Assembly (NCBI GenBank): GCA_025594325.1
Contig: JANHCV010000009.1
Coordinates: 806,001 to 870,000 of the forward strand
DNA: 64,000 bases
From: Blastocladiella emersonii ATCC 22665
Taxonomy: Eukaryota; Fungi; Blastocladiomycota
Direction of reading: 5' to 3'
The notes beneath the pieces were generated by a model that saw only the letters and a list, made by a program, of their open reading frames with translations, searched no databases and was not told the origin of the DNA. Positions 35,001-43,999 of this stretch are shown here, one piece after another (the stretch's first letter is position 1; each line of letters starts with the position of its first letter). Both the position numbers and the translations under genes were made by a program.

Positions 35001-36161
35001 GGACGTGGTGTGGAACATGGACGCGTTGGACGGGCCCGAGTTGAACCGCGACGCCGCGGCAGCTGCAGCCGCCGACGTGTTGGACGCAGCGGACGCGTCG
35101 CCGATGAGCGTGTATCCGGGCGGCGAGGTGGGCGAGGCGGGGAAGAAGGCGGCAGCGGCAGCGGCGGCGGACGCGGACATGGACCCGAGTGTCGGCGCGT
35201 TGCGCGCGTCGGAGAACATGTCGTCGCTATCGTCGCCGTCGTCAAAGTTGGTGTAGAGCGAGCGGCTGGCGAACGTCGGGTTGTTGGAGATAGTCACCGA
35301 CTGGCCGAACGGATCATCCTCATCCTCGTCGTCGTTCAGCGCGGCGGGACACAGCGCGCCGGCGCGCGTGGTGACGTGGCTGAGCGAGTCGTGGCCGCCG
35401 TGCGTCGTCTCGAAGGCGATCGACTGCTTCCACAAGCGCACGCTGTGTGGGTGCGTGGTCGTGGCGGCGTGGAGGACGGCGCGGGCGACGTGGACGGCGC
35501 TGCGCTCGATGCACAGCTCCGCGTCGGCCGACAGCTCGTCCTCGGACAGGCCCGCGTCGCCGACGGCGTGCTGCGCGACGAGCGACGCGACGAGCACGCT
35601 GACAAAGTGGCGCTCGACGAAGACGGCGGTTGCGAGCCAGTCGTCGCGGCCGAGCGCGGTGGCGCCGCGCGTCGTGATGGCGGCGGCGACGAGCGAGGAG
35701 ACGCGGTCGCGGTCGGCGAGCGTCGCGGCGGACCCGGCGGCGCGGTGCGCGACGGACGCGCCGGCGAGCAGCACGAGGTGCGGCATCGGGAGCAGCGGGT
35801 CGGTGGCGACGAGCGACTTGGCGAGCTCGACGGCGTCGTCGGGCGCGTCGAGCAGGGCGAGCACGCGGTCGGTCGCGGCCTTGGTGGCGGGCGCGAGCTG
35901 GGCGATATCGTCGCCGGCGGCCCACAGGATCGAGTGGCCTGCCGCGGCGGCTGAAGACACGAGCAGGTGCATGGCGTCGTCGTCGGCCATTTCGGTGGCC
36001 GCGGACGAGGCAGGCGAGGCGGAGCGCACGGGCGACGCGGCGAGCGAGACGGACCCCTGGTGCGGCGCGTAGTGCGGCGAGCGCATGGCCGGGATCGCGA
36101 CGGCGGGGGTGGCGGGCGACGCGAGCTCGCCCGGCAGGAAGCGGACCTCGGGCGACGACAT
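32025..36161 (-). CDS. Ubiquitin-specific protease (USP4/11/15/Ubp12-like catalytic domain) with a HAT/TPR-like N-terminus
   Basis: Cys box GLQNLGNTCFMNSALQC, QHDSQELL..LLDGLHEDLN, CxxC pairs, LPQVLVVALKRF, His box NHYGGIGGGHYTAYA..WYEFDDS..YVLFYRRR. Single ORF; start MSSPEV at 36161 is assumed. Confidence 0.9.
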   Translation of the reverse strand: MSSPEVRFLPGELASPATPAVAIPAMRSPHYAPHQGSVSLAASPVRSASPASSAATEMADDDAMHLLVSSAAAAGHSILWAAGDDIAQLAPATKAATDRVLALLDAPDDAVELAKSLVATDPLLPMPHLVLLAGASVAHRAAGSAATLADRDRVSSLVAAAITTRGATALGRDDWLATAVFVERHFVSVLVASLVAQHAVGDAGLSEDELSADAELCIERSAVHVARAVLHAATTTHPHSVRLWKQSIAFETTHGGHDSLSHVTTRAGALCPAALNDDEDEDDPFGQSVTISNNPTFASRSLYTNFDDGDDSDDMFSDARNAPTLGSMSASAAAAAAAFFPASPTSPPGYTLIGDASAASNTSAAAAAAASRFNSGPSNASMFHTTSYTSSSSAGPSSSSSAAAALAAERRAQLPTVAAGLKGLQNLGNTCFMNSALQCMSNTPFLNLDYFNRGAWVHEVNPDNPLGTQGAMSKAYAALMKAMWTPSTDRSIAPRHFKAAMAQFAPQFSGYAQHDSQELLGFLLDGLHEDLNRVRSKPYIEAKDDDGRPDAEVAAEQWAGHRARNDSIIVDLFQGQYKSRVQCATCGGVSVTFDPFMVLTLPIPCEAALAPVRVIAIPLDPNRLPVRTVAYVKRDGGMGELASTVAKHVFATGAEGEATPRAAVVEVWNHKIHRVYRDLEPVAEIAAGDVILVLELPPDGEVPAGYPMCGEIAAVVPAVEKEEDEKPAGETADQVMAETPAPVTEVENGSASPMQVDSAPATADAAETPAPTAAPKEAEEPAKFVPVFLCHSKLSFAAAAAFEAESSTSSSTSTTTSFYPSYRRGPSATDFGEPTLAFFRTPFDPAQAHAAIVATMKRWTTFPWDAYRAAHPDADVAQFVKVQAAPAGRTYRATATDLVAGAAIAPLQSINVVWDESVAEVAFAEEKKAAAFGARPVAGVGSSSSTSLGFVSAASSTAVLLGNSSENLGPSTSGDVEMAETPAATAAAADTSVDPWAATSLDDAAPAAPATADAESAAPAAPAFTGTALWSKTLDGGAINAPKLGASTKPDAYTLDQCLDAFVADEHLGASDPVYCRKCKEHREASKKVDLWRLPQVLVVALKRFGQGGRYRREKIDVLVDCPRVLDLHGRALDPALAEGDGVYELYAVTNHYGGIGGGHYTAYAHSLGDHQWYEFDDSRVSPVSADDVITRASYVLFYRRRGGVHCAIPEPVAPVTDEAKIRDLTEQDPEDGWGSSANKRASWLSGGSSSGFGSASRASSSAGALVPFSGAGSSLISTAAPTTTTTTTVGFNTIESLSEKSKLARDLGIGGSPVLGPSLPDNDMIVVVKDSTPAAAAAIDQDDMDIERDLERDLLRVDDDGPAGLVLGPAAPADNEA

Positions 36162-36952
36162 GGCCGTGGGCGGCGAGGGCGCGGGGCGCGCGGGCGAGTG
36201 CGGGGGCGAGGGACCGTCCATGTGCGTGTGCGTCCGCTTCATGCGTGTCTGTGACCGGGTGTGAGCGATCACCAAGGGGGTGCCGGGCAGGCCAGGCGTA
36301 CCACAGCGGGCGCGGGCGGGGGAGCGCGGGGCCGGGCGGTGGACGCAGCGGGCGGGGGCGCGGTGCAGCAAGTCGCGGGCCGCCGATCTCGTCGTGGGCG
36401 GGCGGGCGTCGGCGCGGAGGGGCGGCGCGGTCGGCAGCGGCGGTGGCTGGGCGGGCGGACCGGAGAACGCGCTGGCAACGACTCGGCGCGCGTCGGGTGA
36501 CTTCACGCGACGGGCCCATGACCGCGATAACAGGTTTTCCGGGGACCGCTCGCCGGACTCTGCGCCGCGGCGACCGCCGCCTTTGGCCGGCGCGGAGGGG
36601 AGATGTGATCCACCTCGACCTTCGCGTACGTGGCGCCGCCCTGCACTCGCTCCCACTCCCCGCAACGGCATGGGCGCCCCGCCGCCGCCCTAAAGAACCG
36701 CGGATCGCGCTGGATGGATGGATCTCATGGACTCGCGCTGCGCTCGCCGTACCATGCCTGGGCGCCACACGCCGACTCGGCCGCTACTCGGCTCGGTGAT
36801 CGCTGAATGACGCGCGACCCATCTTGGTGGGGTCCATCCGTCCAGCCGACCCACACCCGCCCGCGTGCCGCCACCCTCCGCCAAAGAACCCCTGTGCGAT
36901 CCGCATCTCACCCTCCCTCCCTCCCCCCTCCGCGCAGGTCATCCACTCCATC

Positions 36953-38200
36953 ATGTCCAAGAAGCTCAAGGGAACCAAGCTCAGCGCCGCCGAGTTCCTC
37001 TCGTCCGAGAACTCGTGGGCCGACGACGAGCACGACCTCCCCTCGTCGCTGCCCGGCGCGCCCATCGCGCTCCCGTCCGCGCCCGGCGCTCTCGCCGCCG
37101 AGGGCGGTCCCGCGCGCCCGCAGAAGCCCCTTCCCACGGGCCCGCCCTACACGGCGTTCGTCGGCAACCTGTCGTACGAGGTGGACGACGACACGCTCGG
37201 CTCCTTCTTCTACGAGGTCGGCCAGTGCGAGATCGTCCAGCCGCGCGTCGTGCGCGACCGCGAGTCGGGCCAGCCCAAGGGGTTCGGGTACATTGAGTTT
37301 GCCGACATCGAGTCGCTCAAGCGCGCCCTCGCTCTCGACGGCTTCGAGGTCATTGACCGCCAGATCCGCGTCGACGTCGCCGACACCACCCAGTCCGCGT
37401 CCGGCGCCTCGCGCAACCGGTCCGGCTTCGGCGGGTTCTCGGGCGGCGCGGAGATGCGCGAGGAGCGCGCTGCGGGCGCCATCAACTGGCGCCGCGAGGC
37501 CCCCGTCGATTTCGTCCCTGCCCAGCAGTCGGGCTTCGGCGGCCCGCGCCGCGGCGGGTTCGGCGACCGCGCTGAGCGCCCCGCCGGCGGGTTCGGCTCC
37601 GACCGCCCGCCCCGCGAGGACCGCCCCAACCCCTTCGACAATTTCTCGCGCCCCGCCCCCGCTGCCCCCGTCGAGCGCAAGAAGCTTGACCTCGCCCCGC
37701 GCACCAAGCCCGTCGAGGCCCCCAAGCCCGTCGCCGCTCCCGCCCCCGCCGCCGCTGCTGAGCCCGCCGCTGCCGCCGCCCCGGCCCCCGAGCAGCCCGC
37801 CAAGAAGAAGTTCAACCCGTTCGGCGCCGCCAAGCCCGTCGACACCCAGTCCAAGCTGCTCGACGTCGAGAAGAAGCTGGCCCAGACCAAGATCGCCGAG
37901 CCCGCCGCCGCCGCCGGTTCGGAGGAGAAGCCCGCGTCCCCCGCCGGCTCCGCGTCCAGCCCGACCGACCGCACCCGCTCGCCCGGCCCGCGCGGCGCCC
38001 CTGGTGCTCGTGGCGCCCGCGACTCGGCGACCCGCGGCCGCGGCGGCGCCCATGGCCTGCCCGAGCGCAAGGCCACCTACGGCTGGGGCAAGTCGGCCCG
38101 CGAGATGAAGGCCGCGAAGGAGGACGAGCAGCCGCGCGCCAAGTCGCCCGCGCCCCGCGCCAAGTCCGGCACCCGTGCCAAGTCGCCCAAGCCCGAGTAA
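36953..38200 (+). CDS. TIF3: Translation initiation factor eIF4B-like RRM protein
   Basis: SWADDE motif, PPYTAFVGNLSY, RESGQPKGFGYIEF, RQIRVDVA, followed by RGG/DRP-rich repeats and KFNPFGAAKPVDT. Confidence 0.85.
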   Translation: MSKKLKGTKLSAAEFLSSENSWADDEHDLPSSLPGAPIALPSAPGALAAEGGPARPQKPLPTGPPYTAFVGNLSYEVDDDTLGSFFYEVGQCEIVQPRVVRDRESGQPKGFGYIEFADIESLKRALALDGFEVIDRQIRVDVADTTQSASGASRNRSGFGGFSGGAEMREERAAGAINWRREAPVDFVPAQQSGFGGPRRGGFGDRAERPAGGFGSDRPPREDRPNPFDNFSRPAPAAPVERKKLDLAPRTKPVEAPKPVAAPAPAAAAEPAAAAAPAPEQPAKKKFNPFGAAKPVDTQSKLLDVEKKLAQTKIAEPAAAAGSEEKPASPAGSASSPTDRTRSPGPRGAPGARGARDSATRGRGGAHGLPERKATYGWGKSAREMKAAKEDEQPRAKSPAPRAKSGTRAKSPKPE

Positions 38201-38376
38201 GTTGCTCGTTGGAGTGACTGCGCTCTGATGAGCGTTTTTGATCCTCGCTTCCACTGTCCCCACCCTCCCTCTGCCGCCCTCGCCACGCATGTTTGTGTTC
38301 TTCCCTCCTCGTATTATCTTAACTTTCTTCTCCCCTCAGACTGATTGGATGGTCAAAACTGCTCGGGATACGACAT

Positions 38377-39535
38377 TCAGCGGATGTTGGACAGTTCCAG
38401 CTTCTCAAAGTGGCGCCGCGCGCTCGCGATGTTGGCCAGGGCCGCGCGGGATTCTACACTCGCTCGCTCGCGTCAGTCGCGCGTCCCCACCCTCTCGCAC
38501 ACCCGCAAAACGTACGAATGGTCGGATCGGACACGATCATCATCATGTACGTGTTGGCCGTGAGCGTGTCGAGGTACACCGAGAACGCGGCGTGGCGGAC
38601 CTCCATGGCCGAGAACTGGGCCTGGGCCTTGACACACGACAGCTTGAACTGCTTGATGATGTTGCTGATTTTCTCGAACCGGTGCGAGTCGAGGACCGAG
38701 GGCCCGAACCGCGACACGTGCGAGATGACGAGAAAAGTGGCCTTCTCGAACAGGATGATCTCGTCGGCGTCGGTCGCGGCACAGAACTTGTCGAGGTTGG
38801 CCTCGAGCAGCTTCACGTTCGGGATCAGCGCGTACACGATCGACGACCACGCCTGGTACAGGGTCTCGTCCCAGATCGACGTCTGGAAGCACAGCGGCTG
38901 CAGCGGGTGCGAGCGAGACATGATCTGGTTCACGCGGTCCTCGAAGATCTAACAAGGGGGGTGCTTCGTGTCAGCGGGAGTCGCGAAACGGCGAAACGAG
39001 AACGTACGCGGTCGCGCATGTCCTCCTGGACCAAGTCCATCTTGTGGACGAGGCAGAACACCTTGGCGTCCTTGGAGTTCTGCTTGATGGCGTCGATGCA
39101 CGACTGAAAGTAGTCGAAGTCGCGCTCCAGCTCGCGCGACTCGACGTCGAAAATGTAGATGAGCACCTCGACGTTGCGGAAAATGTGGTCGCGCTGCGAC
39201 GTGAAGTAGTTTTCCATGAACGAGTCCTGCCTACACACGTGCGCAGTGGTTCAGCGCGCTGGCGACGTGGTGGTAAGAGTGTGCGTAGCGCCGTACCCTC
39301 CGCAGTCCCACAGGTTGAGCACCAGGTTGCCGAGGAACCGCACGCTCGCGTGCTCGACCTCGACTACACATCACCATAGCGTAAGCCTTCGCGCCACCCA
39401 ACTCATCCCCCCAAAAGGCGTACTCGTGGCGCCCAACCGGCGCGTGTCACGGGCAATGTAGTTGGCAAAGATGATGGAGCGCATCGACGTCTTGCCGCTC
39501 CCGCTCTTGCCCATCAGGAGGACCTTTTTCTTCAT
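38377..39535 (-). CDS. GTR1: Rag GTPase Gtr1/RagA-B (4 introns)
   Basis: [70 protein letters not shown]; GT-AG introns restore the frame. Confidence 0.95.
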
Positions 39536-39739
39536 GTTGCACGCAGTGCGTTCGTGTTCCGTGTGCTCCTCGAGAGACTTGTGGGGAGAGAGTCGGGCGG
39601 AGCGGCTCGTTGTTCAAGAAGGGGCGGCGGAGGCGTCGCGTGACGGCCGTGTGGCGGATCGGGCGACGTGTTTGGCGACGCGTCTTGCCCGCTCGCTTCC
39701 TCTCCTCTTCTTCCCTAGCAACGACCCGCCCATGTAACC

Positions 39740-40362
39740 ATGCCAACCTCCACACCAAAACCCACGACCCCCAGCACCCCGCGCCGCGGCGCCGCCGGCG
39801 TGACCTCCGCCGCCCCGCCCGCGTCGGCCGTCCCCGACAGCGTCGCCGAGCAGCTCAAGGTCACGCAGGCGTACCTGGACCAGCACCAGGTGGTTCCCGT
39901 GCTGCACCGGCTTGTCGAGCTGCTCGTGTACCACCAGCCCGACAACCCGCGCGCGTTCATGGCGCGGCACCTGCGCGACCTGCACGCGGTGCGGACCGCG
40001 GGCGGGACCAGTGCCGCAGTCGCGGGGAAGGCGCCAGGTTTGGCGTTGTTCACGCGCGAGAATCTGGTCAATGTGTTCAAGATCTACGACGCCGCGGGGA
40101 GTGGGGTCCTGAATCAGAAGCAGTTTGCGGAGGGTACGCCGGGGCGAGGGGTGGGAAGGCGGAGTTGCTGATGGCCGTGGTGGGTGTAGCGATGGCGTTT
40201 CTCGGCATCAAGAAGGCCACGGTGCCCAAGCTCGACTCGATTCCGACCGACTACTTTGTCCAAGAAGCGTACGTCTTGCCGTATCCTCAACTCCGCGCCG
40301 CCGTAGTTGACGCGCCGAGCTGCGGTAGAGAGCGAGCGCTCAACAACAACGTGTCCATTTGA
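39740..40362 (+). CDS. EFCAB10: EFCAB10-like protein (RIIa/Dpy-30-type dimerisation domain + EF-hand); 2 introns
   Basis: AYLDQHQVVPVLHRLVELLVYHQPDNPRAFM and LFTRENLVNVFKIYDAAGSGVLNQKQFAE. Confidence 0.65.
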
Positions 40363-40385
40363 CCCTGCTCCACATACACCCACTT

Positions 40386-41177
40386 CTACTTGCCCCCTCC
40401 GCGACGGAACATGGCGCGCACCGGCTGCACCGTGCGGTCGATGACGCGCGCGAGGCCCGGCGTCATCCACACGCTACAAACCACGGCGTCAGTCCTGATC
40501 TCGCCCGCTCGAGTCCTCCCGACCCGCGTACCTCGCCGCGATCCGCACGGGCAGCAGCACCTTGACCAGCGCGTACGCAGCGACCAGGTGGAGCATCACA
40601 CGCGAGTCGGGCTGCACGTCCCAGTTGTAGTACTTGACGACGCGCTGGATGCGCGCGTTCGACTCTGCGACGTGCGGTGTGAGCATCGGCGGCGTATGCG
40701 GCAGGAGGTCGCGCGTACCCTCGAGAATCGACTCGGGGAACGGGATCTGCACGCCCGACCAGTCGATGGCGTAGTAGAACAGGCCAATCGGGAGGACCGC
40801 CGTCGCTTCGTGCAGGATCAGGAACGCTGAGGGTCGGCGAGGGTGGATTAGTCGACGTGGATGGCTGGCGCTGTGGCCGTCGTCGTACCCGTCCTACACG
40901 TCCCAGAGCGTCAGTGTCACCACGACGACAGCGACGTGCCCGAACGGCGTACACGTGGCTCCCCGGCTTGTCCTTGAACTACTCGGCCGCACCACCGTCA
41001 GCATCGCATCTCGATCCGGGCCACGGCCGTCTCGCGCACCTGCCCAGCGTACTTGCGCCATCCCTTGGGCGTCGCTGCCGCCGTCGTCGTCGTGGTCCCT
41101 GACGTCGACGTCCACCTCCGCGCGCAGCCGCTGCCAGCGCGATGCACCAAGTTCCGGATCGAGTACATGCGATACAT
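40386..41177 (-). CDS. MRX11: FLILHELTA-domain mitochondrial protein (Mrx11-like), multi-exon with a 5-nt microexon
   Basis: Spliced KYAGQ|FKDKPGSHV|TA|FLILHEATAVLPIGLFY..AAYALVKVLLPVRIAAS.VWMTP. Confidence 0.75.
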
Positions 41178-41199
41178 CTTCGTACCCTCACCTACTGCA

Positions 41200-41822
41200 A
41201 TGAACCCACCGCCCACCATCGACCCAACGCTCGTCGACGCCCTGGTCCGGTCGCCCGCATGGACCACGAAACCCGCCGCCTTGTTCTCGCCCGCGGTCCT
41301 CGCGCGCGCCATGGCCGGCGAGGGGCCCGCTGACGCTGACGCCGGCGAACCGGCCGAGCCGGCCCCGATGATCTCGGCCGAGACGCGCGCGATGCACCTC
41401 CCGGCCTCGCACACGCTGGTGCGCGCGACGGCCGCCGCGATTGTGGCGAACGCGGCGGCGTTCACCGCGGCGTACCCGGGCAAGGTGCACGCGTGGACGC
41501 AGGCGAAGCCGGCGCAGCTCACGAGCGACCGGCCGGTCGGTGGGACGGCGCGGCGTGCGGGGGAGCGGGCGAAGCGGGTCAATGAGGTACGCTCGGCGGA
41601 TGTGACGAGGGACGTGGGCGGAGATCTGACGGCGACCGTGTGTAGCACGTCAAGCGCGGGGTGCAGGTGCAGGCGACGCTGCGGCGCGTCGACGCGGAGC
41701 GGGCGCGGCTCGCCAAGGAGTTCAAGACGGCGGCGCCAGCCGAGGACGAGGAAGGGGCGCGGCGCAAGTCCCGGCGTCGCTCGTCCAAGGGCCGGCGGCG
41801 GAGCAAGCGTGGTGTGCAGTGA
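41200..41822 (+). CDS. Hypothetical protein with a basic C-terminal tail; intron 41587-41645
   Basis: GC3-rich codons; in-frame GTACGC..TGTAG intron; no recognisable domain. Confidence 0.5.
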
Positions 41823-41879
41823 AGAGCGATACGATAAACAGCTGAACTACGACGACAACAACAAAGCACCACCGCGGAC

Positions 41880-43181
41880 TTAATTCTTGGCGCCGCGCGG
41901 GGGTGGCGGGAACTTCAATGGGGCCTCGAGGGTGACGCGGGACGAGCGGGACGCGAGGTCCGCGGTGCCCATCTGGGCGAGCTGGGCCGCCGACAGACTG
42001 GTGGCCTTGCACCCCATGGAGCAGGCGAGGAGGGCAATGTTCTTGGGCGCGGTCGCAAAGTCCTTGGCGACGTCGGCCGTCGACAGCTGGAACGACTGCA
42101 GGTGCAGGAGCGCCGCGAGGGCAAAGCACTGGACGCGGGTCTTGGCGCGCGGCGTCATGGCGTACTTGACACGCGTGCCGGAGACGGCCACCTTGTCGGC
42201 AAAGGCGCGCTGCAGCTCGAGCGCCATGTTGGCGGGCGCGCGCAGGCTCGACGCGAGCGCCGACAGGGACTTGAGGTCGCGGTCCGACACCTGCGCCATG
42301 CGCGTCAGGAGGACGGCGAGGAGGGACAGCGACGCGCGCAGCGTGTCGCGCTTGCCGTTCGCCTTCTTCTTGACGACGAGCGTCTTGAGCTCGCGCTCGG
42401 CGTACGTCTGGCGAGCACCAGCGGCGGTCTCGCCTTCGGGCGCGCCGATGCCCAGCTCGGCCAGCATCTCGTCGACCTGGGCCTGGTTCTTGGCGGCGAA
42501 CACGGCCTTGCACCACTCGTCGAGCAGGCGGCGGAGCGCGCCGGGGAACAGCGACGCGACCGGGTAGATCTCAGCAACATCATCCGTCGTGATATCGTAC
42601 GGCGGGAGCGGGTTATCGAGCTCGGCGTCGGCCGCGAGCTCCTCGGCGGTCGGGATGAACTCGAGCGACTCGGTGACGTTGGCCTGGAGCTCGCCCGCGG
42701 CGACATCGAGGGCGTCGGCGTTGATCCGGTTCTTCTCGATAGCGCGGATCGCCGTCTTGGCCTTCTTGTTCCCGAACGCCTCGCCGAGGGCGTTGCGCGC
42801 GGCGACGATGCGCGACTTGTCGACGCGCTCGGCGGCCGTCGCCACCACGGTCTTGTACTTGGGCTCGACGTGGACGACGGGCGAGGGGACCAGACGCACG
42901 CGGCCCGTCTTGCGGTTCACCAGGCCGACCATGTACTGCGCGGCGCCCTCGGTGCCCGTCGGCTCGCTGAAGCTGTCGCCGTACAGCTGCACCGTGTGCG
43001 TCTCGGACGCCACCACGCGGTGCGCCGCGCGCGCCGTCTTGGCCGGCGCCGTCGAGCGGTACACGGAGAAGGGCGTCGTGGAGGCGGGCGTCACGCCGCC
43101 CAGCGTCGCGAGGAGCGGGCCGGACACGCCGGCGGCGTCGGACGCGGCGTCGACTTCGAGCTCGATGATCTTGCGCTTCAT
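41880..43181 (-). CDS. RPA49: RNA polymerase I A49/PAF53-like subunit
   Basis: YMVGLVNRKTG, ARNALGEAFGNKKAKTAI..EKNRI, LPPYD..AEIYP, ALLHLQSF..DVAKDF..MGCK..TLEAPLKFP. Confidence 0.85.
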   Translation of the reverse strand: MKRKIIELEVDAASDAAGVSGPLLATLGGVTPASTTPFSVYRSTAPAKTARAAHRVVASETHTVQLYGDSFSEPTGTEGAAQYMVGLVNRKTGRVRLVPSPVVHVEPKYKTVVATAAERVDKSRIVAARNALGEAFGNKKAKTAIRAIEKNRINADALDVAAGELQANVTESLEFIPTAEELAADAELDNPLPPYDITTDDVAEIYPVASLFPGALRRLLDEWCKAVFAAKNQAQVDEMLAELGIGAPEGETAAGARQTYAERELKTLVVKKKANGKRDTLRASLSLLAVLLTRMAQVSDRDLKSLSALASSLRAPANMALELQRAFADKVAVSGTRVKYAMTPRAKTRVQCFALAALLHLQSFQLSTADVAKDFATAPKNIALLACSMGCKATSLSAAQLAQMGTADLASRSSRVTLEAPLKFPPPPRGAKN

Positions 43182-43435
43182 GGTGTTTTGGGTGGGGTGG
43201 GTACGTCGTTGCGCGCGCCTGGGTTTCCTCGGCCGCGGCCCGCCGTGTGCGAAGGCGGGAGCGGAGCAACAGCGGTGGTGGTGCGACTGCATCAGGTGAC
43301 GGGGCGTGACACATCTCCATCGCCTGAACGCGTCGATCTCGCAACTCTGCCTTTCGCGAGGCGCCACTCCCTCCGCCCTCCCCTCCCTCCCATCACTTGC
43401 CACTCACACTACCTGCAACGCACCAACCACCCGCA

Positions 43436-43836
43436 ATGCTCAACTGCAAGTGCGCGTGCGGGACGAACACGACGATCGTGCCGATCCCGTCGTGCCCGCA
43501 GTGCAAGATCAGCCTGTGCCTGGCGGTGGCCGCGGGCAACAACGCGAGCTTACCGTCGCGGCCCGAGTTCCGGTGTGCGCCGACCGCGGACACGGCGCTC
43601 GACGCGCTGTGTTTCGACCGCGAGTCGCGCAAGGACGAGCTGCTCGTGTCCACGTTCCTGATCGTACTGCTCGGGCTCGTCGTGTCGGCCACGTTCAAGC
43701 CGTGCTTGACGTCGATGTGGAACAAGCTGCGCGGAGTACGGTTTGTCGTGGGTGTGGTTAGTGTGAGGGATGCTGACTTGAAGGAGTGTAGCAACGGATC
43801 CACTCGGCCTACTCGCGCTTCCTCGACTCGGACTGA
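43436..43836 (+). CDS. Small Cys-rich protein with one C-terminal TM helix (114 aa; intron 43736-43791)
   Basis: CKCACGTNTTIVPIPSCPQCKISLC..CFDRESRKDELLVSTFLIVLLGLVVSATFKP; resembles a conserved small fungal membrane family. Confidence 0.6.
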
Positions 43837-43999
43837 CCGACCTCGCCGCGCCTCTCCCTCCCGCCATCAACCGTGTACATATATCGATCCAGTTGCAAAC
43901 GACGACGACGTGAACGAGTTTCCATTATGTGTGTGCGAGTGCCAAAAACGACGACTGAAAAACCAACAAAAAGAGAGTGTGCAATGCGATACCCGAACC

